From a plasmid, in NCBI RefSeq assembly GCF_056746865.1, contig NZ_JBWKMP010000003.1: a stretch of DNA of 64,000 nt; one strand, given 5' to 3'. The notes beneath the pieces are model-generated. The model did no database searches, had not been told where the DNA came from, and saw only the letters and a list, made by a program, of their open reading frames with translations. Numbering within the stretch: the first letter of the stretch is position 1; the number at the start of each line of letters is the position of its first letter. The position numbers and the translations under genes were made by a program. Positions 36,870 through 45,488 of this stretch are shown piece after piece.

Positions 36870-36885
36870 TAACCGACCGCTGGCG

Positions 36886-37533
36886 GTGAGTCTTTGTGAT
36901 TATACAGGGAATATGGTTTCCCCCTGGCTGGAACACGGCATTGATGCAGTCATTGTCGATCCGCAACACCAGGAGTCCGGCAGCCAATTGATGGAGTCAG
37001 GTGCTGTACTCACACGTATCAGCGCAATTATTGACAGTGATGAGGTCTACAATTTCCTTCGGAAAAATTTGCACAGAGTTGTATTTTTAGCCGGTTTCCC
37101 TCCATGTACTGACCTGGCTGTATCTGGCGCACGCTGGTTCGCAGATAAAGCAAAAAAAGATCCGGTTTTCCAGTTCAAAGCAATGCAGGTTGTCTGGCAG
37201 TGTTACGACATTGCAAAGATGATTGGTTGCCCGTACATGATTGAAAACCCGGTCAGCCAAATATCGACATTCTGGCGTAAACCTGATCACATATTCCATC
37301 CTTATCACTTCACTGCATATTGCAAGGAAGACAATTACACCAAAAAAACATGCCTGTGGAGCGGACAAGGATTCATCATGCCAACTCCGCGAATCGACAA
37401 GTCGTTAGGTGATCCAGATAACCGAATACACAAGGCACCGCCAGGGCCTGAAAGAGCGAATTTTCGTAGCGCGACACCTTACGGTTTTGCAAGAGCTGTA
37501 TTTGAAGCAAATAAGGAGGGAATCCGTGGCTGA
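36886..37533 (+). CDS. DNA cytosine-5 methyltransferase-like protein (start uncertain)
   Basis: PC-type motif GFPPC and ENP(V) motif; GTG at 36886 chosen as the first start after the rdgC stop; overlaps the dam start by 8 nt. Confidence 0.45.
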   Translation: MSLCDYTGNMVSPWLEHGIDAVIVDPQHQESGSQLMESGAVLTRISAIIDSDEVYNFLRKNLHRVVFLAGFPPCTDLAVSGARWFADKAKKDPVFQFKAMQVVWQCYDIAKMIGCPYMIENPVSQISTFWRKPDHIFHPYHFTAYCKEDNYTKKTCLWSGQGFIMPTPRIDKSLGDPDNRIHKAPPGPERANFRSATPYGFARAVFEANKEGIRG

Positions 37534-38285
37534 TATTGGTGCTAAATTTATTTCTTATAGCGACAATCATCGTCCTGCGGCGGAAGCCACTATCAGCCAT
37601 ATGCGACGTATTCGCTCGGAGGACGAATTTGATCGCCCAGTCTTTAAGTGGGTCGGCGGCAAATTTTCTGCACTGCCCATTATCTTCGAACACCTGCCCC
37701 ACGGAAAACGGTTGATAGAACCTTTCGTTGGAGGTGGCGCTGTTTTCACTAATGCCGGATTTAAAAGCAACCTGCTGAACGATATCAATAATGACCTGAT
37801 TAACTTCTATCAGACATTGCAGCGTGAAGGGCATTCTCTTATCACACTGGCATATCGTTTTTTTCAGGATTACAACTCTGCTGATGCATTTTTGAATGTT
37901 CGCAATGCATTCAACAATGGTGCTTATGATTCCCTTCACCATGCAGCGGCGTTCCTGTATCTCAATCGTCATTGTTTTAATGGCGTCACTCGCTATAACC
38001 GTAAAGGAGAGTTCAACGTCGGATATGGAAAGCAGAAATCACCCCACTTCCCTCTCGCGGAAATGGAGGCGTTCCTGGCTGACGATATTTCAAAGTATTC
38101 GGAATTTGTGTCCGGCGATTTTGCTGGTGTAATTGAGGCTGCCGGGAATGATGATGTGATTTTCTGCGATCCCCCCTATGAACCATTGCCTGACACTACC
38201 GGATTTACAAATTACTCAGGGCATAGCTTTAGGTTTGAAGATCAACAACGGCTGGTGTCACTGCTGGTGGATGCTGGATTTGCCC

Positions 38286-39191
38286 CTATATTTCCAGACA
38301 CCTGTTATCACTTAACCCATTACTGGCCCGCTGCCGTAGATATTCCCGTGGCGAGCGATAACCCAGTGCACTATGCGGATGCCATTCGTTATAATGCTCG
38401 AACGCCTCTGCAAGGTTCTTTGCTGCCGTTAACCCGTCTGGTTTAGGCATGATACTGATGTAGTCACGCTTTATCGTTTTCACGAAGCTCTCTGCTATGC
38501 CGTTACTCTCCGGACTCCGCACCGCCGTGTTCTTCGGTTCAAGCCCCAACATCCGGGCAAACTGCCGTGTTTCATTAGCCCGGTAGCATGAACCATTATC
38601 CGTCAGCCACTCTACTGGAGACGCCGGAAGCTCGTTGCCGAAGCGGCGTTCCACCGCTCCCAGCATTACGTCCTGTACTGTTTCACTGTCGAAGCCGCCC
38701 GTAGTGACTGCCCAGTGCAGTGCCTCACGGTCACAGCAGTCCAGCGCGAACGTGACTCGCAGTTTTTCTCCGTTATCACAGCGGAACTCGAACCCGTCAG
38801 AGCACCATCGTTGATTGCTTTCTTTCACGGCCACTTTGCCAGTATGTGCCCGTTTCGATGGCGGTACAGCGGTTTTTCGCTCAAGCAACAGCGCATTCTG
38901 GCGCATGATCCGGTAAACACGTTTGGCATTGATCGCAGGCATACCATCAAGTTCGGCCTGTCTGCGAAGCAGCGCCCATACCCGACGATAACCATACGTG
39001 GGCAGCTCTCCGATAACATGGTGTATACGGAGAAGCACATCCGTATCATCTGAGTGACGGCTGCGGCGACCATCTTTCCAGTCATCGGTTCGTCTGAGAA
39101 TGACGTGCAACTGCGCACGCGACACCCGGAGACAACGGCTGACTAAGCTTACTCCCCATCCCCGGGCAATAAGGGCGCGTGCGCTATCCAC
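38286..39191 (-). CDS. insD: IS2 transposase InsD (orfB)
   Basis: 301 aa, very close to IS2 InsD as recalled ([38 protein letters not shown]..). Confidence 0.9.
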
Positions 39192-39514
39192 TTTTTTGCA
39201 CGCCCGTATTCAACGGCTTCTTTAAGGAGTTCATTTTCCATCGTTTTTTTGCCGAGCAGGCGCTGGAGTTCTTTAATCTGCTTCATGGCAGCAGCAAGTT
39301 CAGAGGCAGGAACGACCTGCTCTCCTGCGGCCACAGCAGTAAGACTTCCCTCCTGGTATTGCTTGCGCCAGAGAAATAACTGGCTGGCTGCCACACCGTG
39401 TTGCCGGGCAACAAGGGAGACCGTCATTCCCGGTTCAAAACTCTGCTGAACAATAGCGATCTTTTCCTGTGTAGTACGCCGTCTGCGTTTCTCCGGTCCT
39501 AAGACATCAATCAT
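39149..39514 (-). CDS. insC: IS2 InsC (orfA)
   Basis: [26 protein letters not shown]..; start at the internal ATG of the track ORF. Confidence 0.85.
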
Positions 39515-39780
39515 CTGCTCTCCAATGACTAGTCTAAAAACTAGTATTAAGACTATCACTTATTTAAGTGATATTGGTTGTCTGGAGATTCAGGGGGCCA
39601 GTCTAGATGCCCACAGACGCGGAGCGAAAATTGTGATAACAAACAGTGGTGCGCCTAACATTCGCGAACTTTACGTTGGCAATGGCTTCAAGGTGTATCC
39701 TATGCCATCCCGTCGCTCTGTATCCTGTAAAGCATCAACGCGAATGATAGCTAACGACATTATAGCCACACTTAATTAAG

Positions 39781-39808
39781 AAAAGCCCCATATGGGGCTT
39801 TTATAACA
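39781..39808 (+). terminator. intrinsic terminator after the dam 3' fragment
   Basis: AAAAGCCCCA-tat-GGGGCTTTT. Confidence 0.5.
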
Positions 39809-39836
39809 TCAAACAAGCACCGTTACGGTACACTAA

Positions 39837-39903
39837 CAACACCATTCTGGTACTAAAAAGGAATCAAAGTAGCCTCAAAATAACACATGGACCCAAAACG
39901 GTG
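39837..39903. repeat. repeat block flanking the ParA/ParG-like operon (left copy)
   Basis: CAACACCATTCTGGTACTAAAAAG and AGCCTCAAA..CAAAACGGTG recur at 40993-41055. Confidence 0.45.
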
Positions 39904-39914
39904 TCATTCCGGCG

Positions 39915-40202
39915 TCATTTTGTATCCTCAGACTCTGCAAGCATGAGGATAGCATGGCGGATCATATTCAATTTGCTGCGATTATGCTTTTTGCTTAACG
40001 CATCAAGTACCTGGTACTCGTATTCATTGAAGCCAACACGAATGGATTTAAAATCACGTGGGGCGTCCTTATCGAGCACTTTGTTGTCTTCTGGTTGCTC
40101 ACCCGGCACCAAATCAGCTTTGCTGGCAAAAGCCTCAATTCGGCGTTCAAGATCGAGGTCTTTTACTTCGGGGGCTTTTACCGATTTACGAGGCTTAATC
40201 AC
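39915..40202 (-). CDS. ParG-like small partition protein
   Basis: 95 aa, directly downstream of and overlapping the ParA-like ATPase gene. Confidence 0.45.
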   Translation of the reverse strand: MIKPRKSVKAPEVKDLDLERRIEAFASKADLVPGEQPEDNKVLDKDAPRDFKSIRVGFNEYEYQVLDALSKKHNRSKLNMIRHAILMLAESEDTK

Positions 40203-40836
40203 TTAATAACTCCTTAACCAACATCTGGATTTCACCTTTAGCTTTCCCGTTGTCCATCTCAACAACGCCCTTCCCTTCAGCCATACAATCGCGGTAAACC
40301 TTGCGATCGCGAATGATGGTTTTCAGCAACTTCAGTTGCGGATATTCAGCCAGGTACTCTTTGGCCTCATTGGCTTCATTCACAACCGGATTGGATGGGG
40401 CCATTGTTAAAACTGCGCACGCCTTAATGCTAGGATTAGGCATCAGATCCAAAGCCTCTTCAAAGACTTCAACAAAATGCGCCAGCGTGTCTAAATCTGG
40501 CTGAGATGGCCTGAATGGAACAAGCAAAACATCCGCCGCAGTAATACCGGTGCGCATCTCTTTGCTATCACGACCAGCGGTATCAACAACCACAAATTCA
40601 TAACGCTTGTCCAGATCAAGAAGTGTTTCACGAATATTCCCAAACTTCTGGACGCAATGAATTACTGGAGAAACCTCTGCCGCATTACGGTCCGATGCCC
40701 AACGGGCAGATGTTCCTTGCTTATCTGCATCAAGTAGAACTACGTCCTTATTTGCGCGGGCAAGCTCCGCACAAATGTTTACGCTGGTGGTTGATTTGCC
40801 ACAGCCACCTTTTTGGCTGGCTACCAATATAATCAT
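40195..40836 (-). CDS. ParA/ParF-type partition ATPase
   Basis: Deviant Walker A SQKGGCGKSTT; 213 aa, small-ParA size. Confidence 0.7.
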   Translation of the reverse strand: MIILVASQKGGCGKSTTSVNICAELARANKDVVLLDADKQGTSARWASDRNAAEVSPVIHCVQKFGNIRETLLDLDKRYEFVVVDTAGRDSKEMRTGITAADVLLVPFRPSQPDLDTLAHFVEVFEEALDLMPNPSIKACAVLTMAPSNPVVNEANEAKEYLAEYPQLKLLKTIIRDRKVYRDCMAEGKGVVEMDNGKAKGEIQMLVKELLSD

Positions 40837-40992
40837 ATCCGTCCCTCGGTGTTATTTTGGTATCAAAATGGCTCCAAACAGAAGCCTTATTGATGCGGTT
40901 TTGGCTCTATAGTGGAGTCACTATGCTTTGCAAAAGTATAACACTAAACACTCGAAATTTGCCCTCTGTTGCATCCTGTTTAACACGAAGTC

Positions 40993-41055
40993 AGCCTCAA
41001 AGTGGAACCAGACACAAAACAGCACCACAACAACACCGTTTTGGTACTAAAAGAG
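40993..41055. repeat. repeat block flanking the ParA/ParG-like operon (right copy)
   Basis: AGCCTCAAAGTGGAACCAGACACAAAACAGCACC and CAACACCGTTTTGGTACTAAAAG; related to 39837-39903. Confidence 0.45.
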
Positions 41056-41121
41056 CACCAAATTAGAACCATAACAGTATAAAAAAGGCTGCAAATTGCA
41101 GCCTTTGAAGATGTAGATTTG

Positions 41122-41487
41122 TTAATCAGGGAGTGAGTTTGCCAAATTCTGTGCAGAGCGGCTTTTCGAAACGCCAGGTTTTTTAACATCCGCTGAGGCT
41201 GAGGGGTTTCCTTCAGGGTTTTCCCGAACTTCAGGCGAAATTTCAAGAAATGAAACCAGCATTTTTCTGATCACTTCAGGGCTATTATCACCGGATAAAA
41301 GCGATGCCAACATGGGAGGTAATCTGCTATCAACCTCGCCAAGAGCGATACCTGCAAGCATCGCTGTGCGCGCCATATCATTGCGATCTCTTAATGGATG
41401 GCCCTCAAGTTTTGCATCAGCATATTGCTCACTGGCGTTAAGACCAGGACGAAGATAAAACAATACTTTTCGACGTTCCTGAGACAT
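41122..41487 (-). CDS. parR: ParR-like centromere-binding protein
   Basis: RRKVLFYLRP...RNDMARTAMLAGIAL parallels R1 ParR; immediately downstream of parM. Confidence 0.6.
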   Translation of the reverse strand: MSQERRKVLFYLRPGLNASEQYADAKLEGHPLRDRNDMARTAMLAGIALGEVDSRLPPMLASLLSGDNSPEVIRKMLVSFLEISPEVRENPEGNPSASADVKKPGVSKSRSAQNLANSLPD

Positions 41488-41497
41488 GGCAACCTCA

Positions 41498-42454
41498 TCA
41501 ACCGATAGATTTTAGACCATAGACAAGAGCAAGTTGTGGATCATCAGCAACGAAAAACCTATCGTCACGAATGTTTACCTGCTCACGGATAGCATCAGCA
41601 ACAAGCGGCGCGCCGCCACCAATGACCATAACATGCGTGTATCCTTTGAAATCACTGATCACATCCAGTACGCGTGTACGGAGTCGTTCTATGCTTGACG
41701 AAATGGCTTTCTTAACATCATCAATAGCAGACGGATCGTTAATATTGTCGGTCAAATAATCCTCATCATCACGATTAATGATTAATTGATCGACATTATA
41801 ATTAGAGGTTTCGGTATTCGCTTTTGCAAGTGCCTGTCTGACCTCTTTAGTTACCAGCGAAACGCCGAGATTAGAATCGCCAAATACGCGAGAAACGGCG
41901 GTCATTTGCCCGGCGACCATCGACACATCCAGAGTAGTCCCACCAAGATCAACAATAAGCACAGAATGCGCTGGCACAAGGCTGTCGCACAGACCGATCC
42001 CTGCGGGTATTGACTCCGGGCGCACAGTCACTTTTTTGATAGTAAAAACCTGACCTTTGTTAAGGGTGACTGGTCGCATCAGGCTGGCCTTTTTCCGCTC
42101 AATATTTTTCATGTTGTATTGTGCGTCGTCGTCATAAAACTCTGCCAGTGGCAACGTGACAACTATTTCCACTTCTTGAGGCTCAATGCCACTTGTAAGC
42201 AGGGCATGATGAACAGCAAGCACATTAAGCGGGCTGTATTGCCATTCAACGTTATTCGTCGGCAGCACATCCGGCGAGATCAAGTCATATGAATATTTTT
42301 CGTCATCAATGATGTAGTTAAACGGCTTTCCTGCGCCAAATGTGGCGGACCATCCACGTTTAAAACTGTTCGGACAGATATGGGTTCGAGTTTCCCCGTC
42401 TTGTTCCCACAGCATTTTGATATTGGTAGAACCATCGTCGATAAAAATGCGCAT
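41498..42454 (-). CDS. parM: ParM (StbA) actin-like partition ATPase
   Basis: MRIFIDDGSTNIK..HICPNSFKR..AVHHALLTSG..IVDLGGTTLD..YTHVMVIGGGA is colinear with R1 ParM; start at the second ATG. Confidence 0.85.
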   Translation of the reverse strand: MRIFIDDGSTNIKMLWEQDGETRTHICPNSFKRGWSATFGAGKPFNYIIDDEKYSYDLISPDVLPTNNVEWQYSPLNVLAVHHALLTSGIEPQEVEIVVTLPLAEFYDDDAQYNMKNIERKKASLMRPVTLNKGQVFTIKKVTVRPESIPAGIGLCDSLVPAHSVLIVDLGGTTLDVSMVAGQMTAVSRVFGDSNLGVSLVTKEVRQALAKANTETSNYNVDQLIINRDDEDYLTDNINDPSAIDDVKKAISSSIERLRTRVLDVISDFKGYTHVMVIGGGAPLVADAIREQVNIRDDRFFVADDPQLALVYGLKSIG

Positions 42455-42555
42455 CATATTGCTCCACTTCTGAGACACATTTGAGAAAGAATTGAATTTT
42501 ATATGAGAAAACAAAATAAGACCAGAAGTTAGATAGCGTAAAAAGCATCAAACAA

Positions 42556-42644
42556 GAGACGTAAGAGAGACGCAAAAGAGACTTAGATGATACATGATGT
42601 ACCCACGATACCCGTTTGAGACAAATCAGAGACAAATGTGAGAA
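42556..42644. repeat. parC-like centromere iterons
   Basis: GAGAC / GAGAA cores at 42556, 42567, 42578 and 42618, 42629, 42640 with 11-bp phasing; two triplets flank a ~35-bp core upstream of parM. Confidence 0.5.
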
Positions 42645-42706
42645 GTAAGAAATCTGAAGAGTGAAAATCACAAAGTGGAGAAGATTTAAGAAAAAGGAGG
42701 TGTTAG

Positions 42707-42991
42707 ATGAGTGCAATAGCGACCAGTGACACAGTTTGTTCTGGTCATGGAGGATTCCCTCCGCGACCTGTAGCAGAAACAGTTTCCTGGTTTACCGTAA
42801 ATGGAAAGCCAGTGGTTGTAGATGGGGGAGCGTTCCCCAGCCATACAGACGGAAATAGCGCGCACCCCGGATCAGCCGTATCGACGCGCTCATGGTTTGC
42901 AATAGGCGGGAAAGGAGTTGTTTGTGTGGGAGATCCCCTTTCTTGTGGCTCAGTCATCGCCAATGGTGAGGCAATTTTTCAGGTGTCATAA
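42707..42991 (+). CDS. PAAR-domain spike-tip protein
   Basis: 94 aa; PAAR-like pattern (CSGHGGFPP...VNGKPVVVDG...GDPLSCGS); strong AAAAAGGAGG Shine-Dalgarno. Confidence 0.55.
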   Translation: MSAIATSDTVCSGHGGFPPRPVAETVSWFTVNGKPVVVDGGAFPSHTDGNSAHPGSAVSTRSWFAIGGKGVVCVGDPLSCGSVIANGEAIFQVS

Positions 42992-43785
42992 TGCTTGATT
43001 CAATCGCTGAAGTTAATGCATTCAAAATTCTAAATGCATCAGGCACAACTACGCCTGCATCTATCACGCTAAGTAAAACAGCGTCATCCAATGCCAGTTC
43101 TCTGGAAGAGAATATCCAGGCTCTTATCCTGAAGGATAAAGCATACCCGGCGTCGGTGGTTTCATGGGTCAATCAGCTTTCTGTCTTTTCAGAACAACTG
43201 AAAACTGTCAGTGCAGAAGCAACCAATTTAGCCGACTCGCTGTCTCCGTATACTTCGCCAACTGAATTACTTCAGATGAAAATTGGCTGGGAATGTTACG
43301 TCAAAGGTAATGAGTTATCTCCTGCGCCAGAATTTGCTCTCGTAACAGTTATGGGAGATACCCTGCATCCGCAATCGCTTATTGACGCGTTGGCAGCATT
43401 TGAACTGGTGCCAATCACTTCAGCCATGACCGCTATAAATGCAAAAGTTCAGGCGTCAAGCGGGGAGGCTTCAGGCAACGGAAGTTCCACCGGAACAACA
43501 CAGCAACCAGCACTAACAGAAGAAGAGATCAAAGCACTAAAAGACGCTGTGGAAGCAGCAACAGAACAAATAAATGCAATAAACAACACGAGCAGTAGTC
43601 TCTCAACACTTGTACAGCAAGTTAAGGACTCTACCGGAAAAGCCAAACAGGGACTGGAGAATGCTGTAGCTATTACGTTAACCGGTTCTCTACTGGGCGA
43701 TGAAGTAATGAGTCCGGCAATCAGTTTGATCATGCCACAAGGTGTGATCGATGCGCTCCAAAACAACACTAAAAAGGAACCATAA
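42991..43785 (+). CDS. hypothetical protein
   Basis: 264 aa; ATG overlaps the PAAR stop. Confidence 0.45.
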   Translation: MLDSIAEVNAFKILNASGTTTPASITLSKTASSNASSLEENIQALILKDKAYPASVVSWVNQLSVFSEQLKTVSAEATNLADSLSPYTSPTELLQMKIGWECYVKGNELSPAPEFALVTVMGDTLHPQSLIDALAAFELVPITSAMTAINAKVQASSGEASGNGSSTGTTQQPALTEEEIKALKDAVEAATEQINAINNTSSSLSTLVQQVKDSTGKAKQGLENAVAITLTGSLLGDEVMSPAISLIMPQGVIDALQNNTKKEP

Positions 43786-43855
43786 CCACACCATTTAAGC
43801 CCATAAATGGTTACAAATTGGTACACATATCACACCAACAAAAAATCTGAAGAGG

Positions 43856-44314
43856 ATGGTTTTGAAAAAGATAATTTTGATAGTAGTTGCGCTTTTAGCC
43901 ATTTATGGAATTTACCGTACTACGGCGGCAGTTATCGATCACATCAGGTATATCCGTTCCCTGGAAGACTCAAAATCACAACTTGAAAGCGAGAACAACA
44001 CGCTTTCTACCGCATTGCAGTTAAGTGAAAAATCGCGATCTGCCATGATGGCTGAAAACGAAAGAATTAAAACACTGGAGAAGGAGTACCAGCGCAAAAC
44101 AGCAGAACTGAATACCAGCCTGATCAAACAACGGGAGGAAAGCCAGAATGAAATCAATCGTCTTGAAACTGCGTTACGCAATGCCGGGGTTAATGATGTG
44201 CGTGTGCCTGATGACGTTATCAGGATGCAGCGGGAACGGGCAAAAGAAATCAATCAGCGTGCCAATGCAAATTACCGTAGAAGCCACCAGCAAACCGCAG
44301 GGAAATCTGATTGA
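43856..44314 (+). CDS. Rz-like inner-membrane spanin candidate
   Basis: N-terminal transmembrane helix followed by coiled-coil-rich sequence. Confidence 0.45.
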   Translation: MVLKKIILIVVALLAIYGIYRTTAAVIDHIRYIRSLEDSKSQLESENNTLSTALQLSEKSRSAMMAENERIKTLEKEYQRKTAELNTSLIKQREESQNEINRLETALRNAGVNDVRVPDDVIRMQRERAKEINQRANANYRRSHQQTAGKSD

Positions 44315-44528
44315 TTATACCCCTTGCATAGTGCCAGAGGACACGCCTGTGCTGTTAAACAAGTATCCGGCATACACTGAACAGTTATTCAGCACTATCG
44401 ATGAATGCAACCAACGAAACGCACTGAATAACCAAAGGAATAGGGAGATTTGGGAAGGGAAGGGGGTTAAGGCTCCTGAAGCCAGATGTCCTGGCTGTCA
44501 GCTTCTTCGAAACCGTGACAGACGTTAA
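44148..44528 (+). CDS. Rz1-like outer-membrane lipoprotein spanin candidate
   Basis: Starts inside the Rz-like gene in another frame; lipobox LSGC. Caveat: its 3' end overlaps a convergent ORF by about 60 bp. Confidence 0.35.
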   Translation: MKSIVLKLRYAMPGLMMCVCLMTLSGCSGNGQKKSISVPMQITVEATSKPQGNLIDYTPCIVPEDTPVLLNKYPAYTEQLFSTIDECNQRNALNNQRNREIWEGKGVKAPEARCPGCQLLRNRDRR

Positions 44529-44949
44529 AGTCACTCAAGCGATACTGGCGCTGACGGCCTCTATTTCGCTCATGCCAATGCATATATCCACCAGCAAATG
44601 CCAGCGGACAATCGCTATAGTCGATGTAGCCAATACCATTACCCAAACGCGCTTCGCGCGCCCCGGCTTTCCAGGACAGCAGAAAAGAGTCACGATCTGC
44701 CAGCATGACTACAAAATCATCCAGATCGCCTATGCAGTGAAGAATGCCTGCCTTGCATAACTGTTTGAGTGCCTTGGACTGACTCAGGATGTCTTCACCG
44801 TAATACTGAAAACAATCATCAACAATAGCGGGATAGCCAGCGGGTGGATTCAGGCTGGTTGGTATAGCTGACGCGATAGCCAGCATTAAACGATATTGTG
44901 TTTTCGATGGGTTCGCGTGACTCATGTTTCCTCTACTCACTGTCTCCAT
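44467..44949 (-). CDS. hypothetical protein
   Basis: 160-aa ORF, second gene of a leftward pair. Confidence 0.4.
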   Translation of the reverse strand: METVSRGNMSHANPSKTQYRLMLAIASAIPTSLNPPAGYPAIVDDCFQYYGEDILSQSKALKQLCKAGILHCIGDLDDFVVMLADRDSFLLSWKAGAREARLGNGIGYIDYSDCPLAFAGGYMHWHERNRGRQRQYRLSDFNVCHGFEEADSQDIWLQEP

Positions 44950-45329
44950 GCATTTTTCAGCTCCGGAATATCAGCCATTTCAACCAGCTTCCGAAGCCCC
45001 GCGCTGACCTTCCCATTACCAACCGCAGCAAGCCAATCCCTTACTGACTTCGGCATATAAAGAGTGGTCGTTACAGGATCTTCCACTCTTACAGGCGTGC
45101 CAATTTGAGGCCACTTAACAGATGCCAAAACGTCAGAAGGCGGGGTAAGCGCGGGAACATTAAGAATAGCCTTTCCTGAATGGAGAATCACGATTCGTTC
45201 AGCCAGGGAAAGAATGTCTCTTTCAGTAAGGATTGATGACAGTTGAGCTTCTACAAGGCATCTGCTGCTTGTATTCAGAGAATGGCTTTTAGCACCATTT
45301 TTGTATGAAACGAAGATCTTGTACGCCAT
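44937..45329 (-). CDS. hypothetical protein
   Basis: 130 aa; ATG at plus 45327-45329; operator-like motifs lie immediately upstream. Confidence 0.45.
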   Translation of the reverse strand: MAYKIFVSYKNGAKSHSLNTSSRCLVEAQLSSILTERDILSLAERIVILHSGKAILNVPALTPPSDVLASVKWPQIGTPVRVEDPVTTTLYMPKSVRDWLAAVGNGKVSAGLRKLVEMADIPELKNAWRQ

Positions 45330-45330
45330 T

Positions 45331-45411
45331 TGTTCTAATGTTTTATGTTAGAAAATTAAGATTAAACCATACTAACACAAGATTGTTAACGAAAATTATT
45401 TTTCTAATGCT
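45331..45411. promoter_or_regulatory. divergent control region with three operator-like motifs
   Basis: TGTTCTAATG (45331), GTTAGAAAATT (45347), TTTTCTAATGC (45401); TTGACT -35-like hexamer at 45412. Confidence 0.4.
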
Positions 45412-45488
45412 ATTGACTAAATAACAAAGTGAGTATTGTCACCTCGTCAAAAGAATCTTCACGCCGCGCCCGAATTTAGGGTTTAACC

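Larger units (their letters stand above)
38275..39604 (-). mobile_element. IS2 insertion sequence
   Basis: Termini TGGATTTGCCCC.. and ..GGGGGCCAGTCTA; encodes InsC and InsD; flanked by a 5-bp direct duplication GATGC (38270-38274 and 39605-39609). Confidence 0.9.
37526..39779 (+). pseudogene. dam: Dam-family adenine methyltransferase gene interrupted by IS2
   Basis: GTG start after AAGGAGG; FxGxG (EPFVGGGAVF) and DPPY motifs; frame breaks at the IS2 junction at 38274/38275 and resumes in frame at 39605 (..LVDA|[15 protein letters not shown]..) to a stop at 39779. Confidence 0.8.

Noticed and set aside
37409-37525. N-terminal extension of the Dam ORF
   Set aside because: A GTG with a strong AAGGAGG Shine-Dalgarno at 37526 is the more likely start; the extension overlaps the C5-methyltransferase-like gene.
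39525-39779. Track ORF 39525-39779 as an independent gene
   Set aside because: Its 5' part is the IS2 terminal repeat and its 3' part is the displaced C-terminus of the interrupted dam gene.
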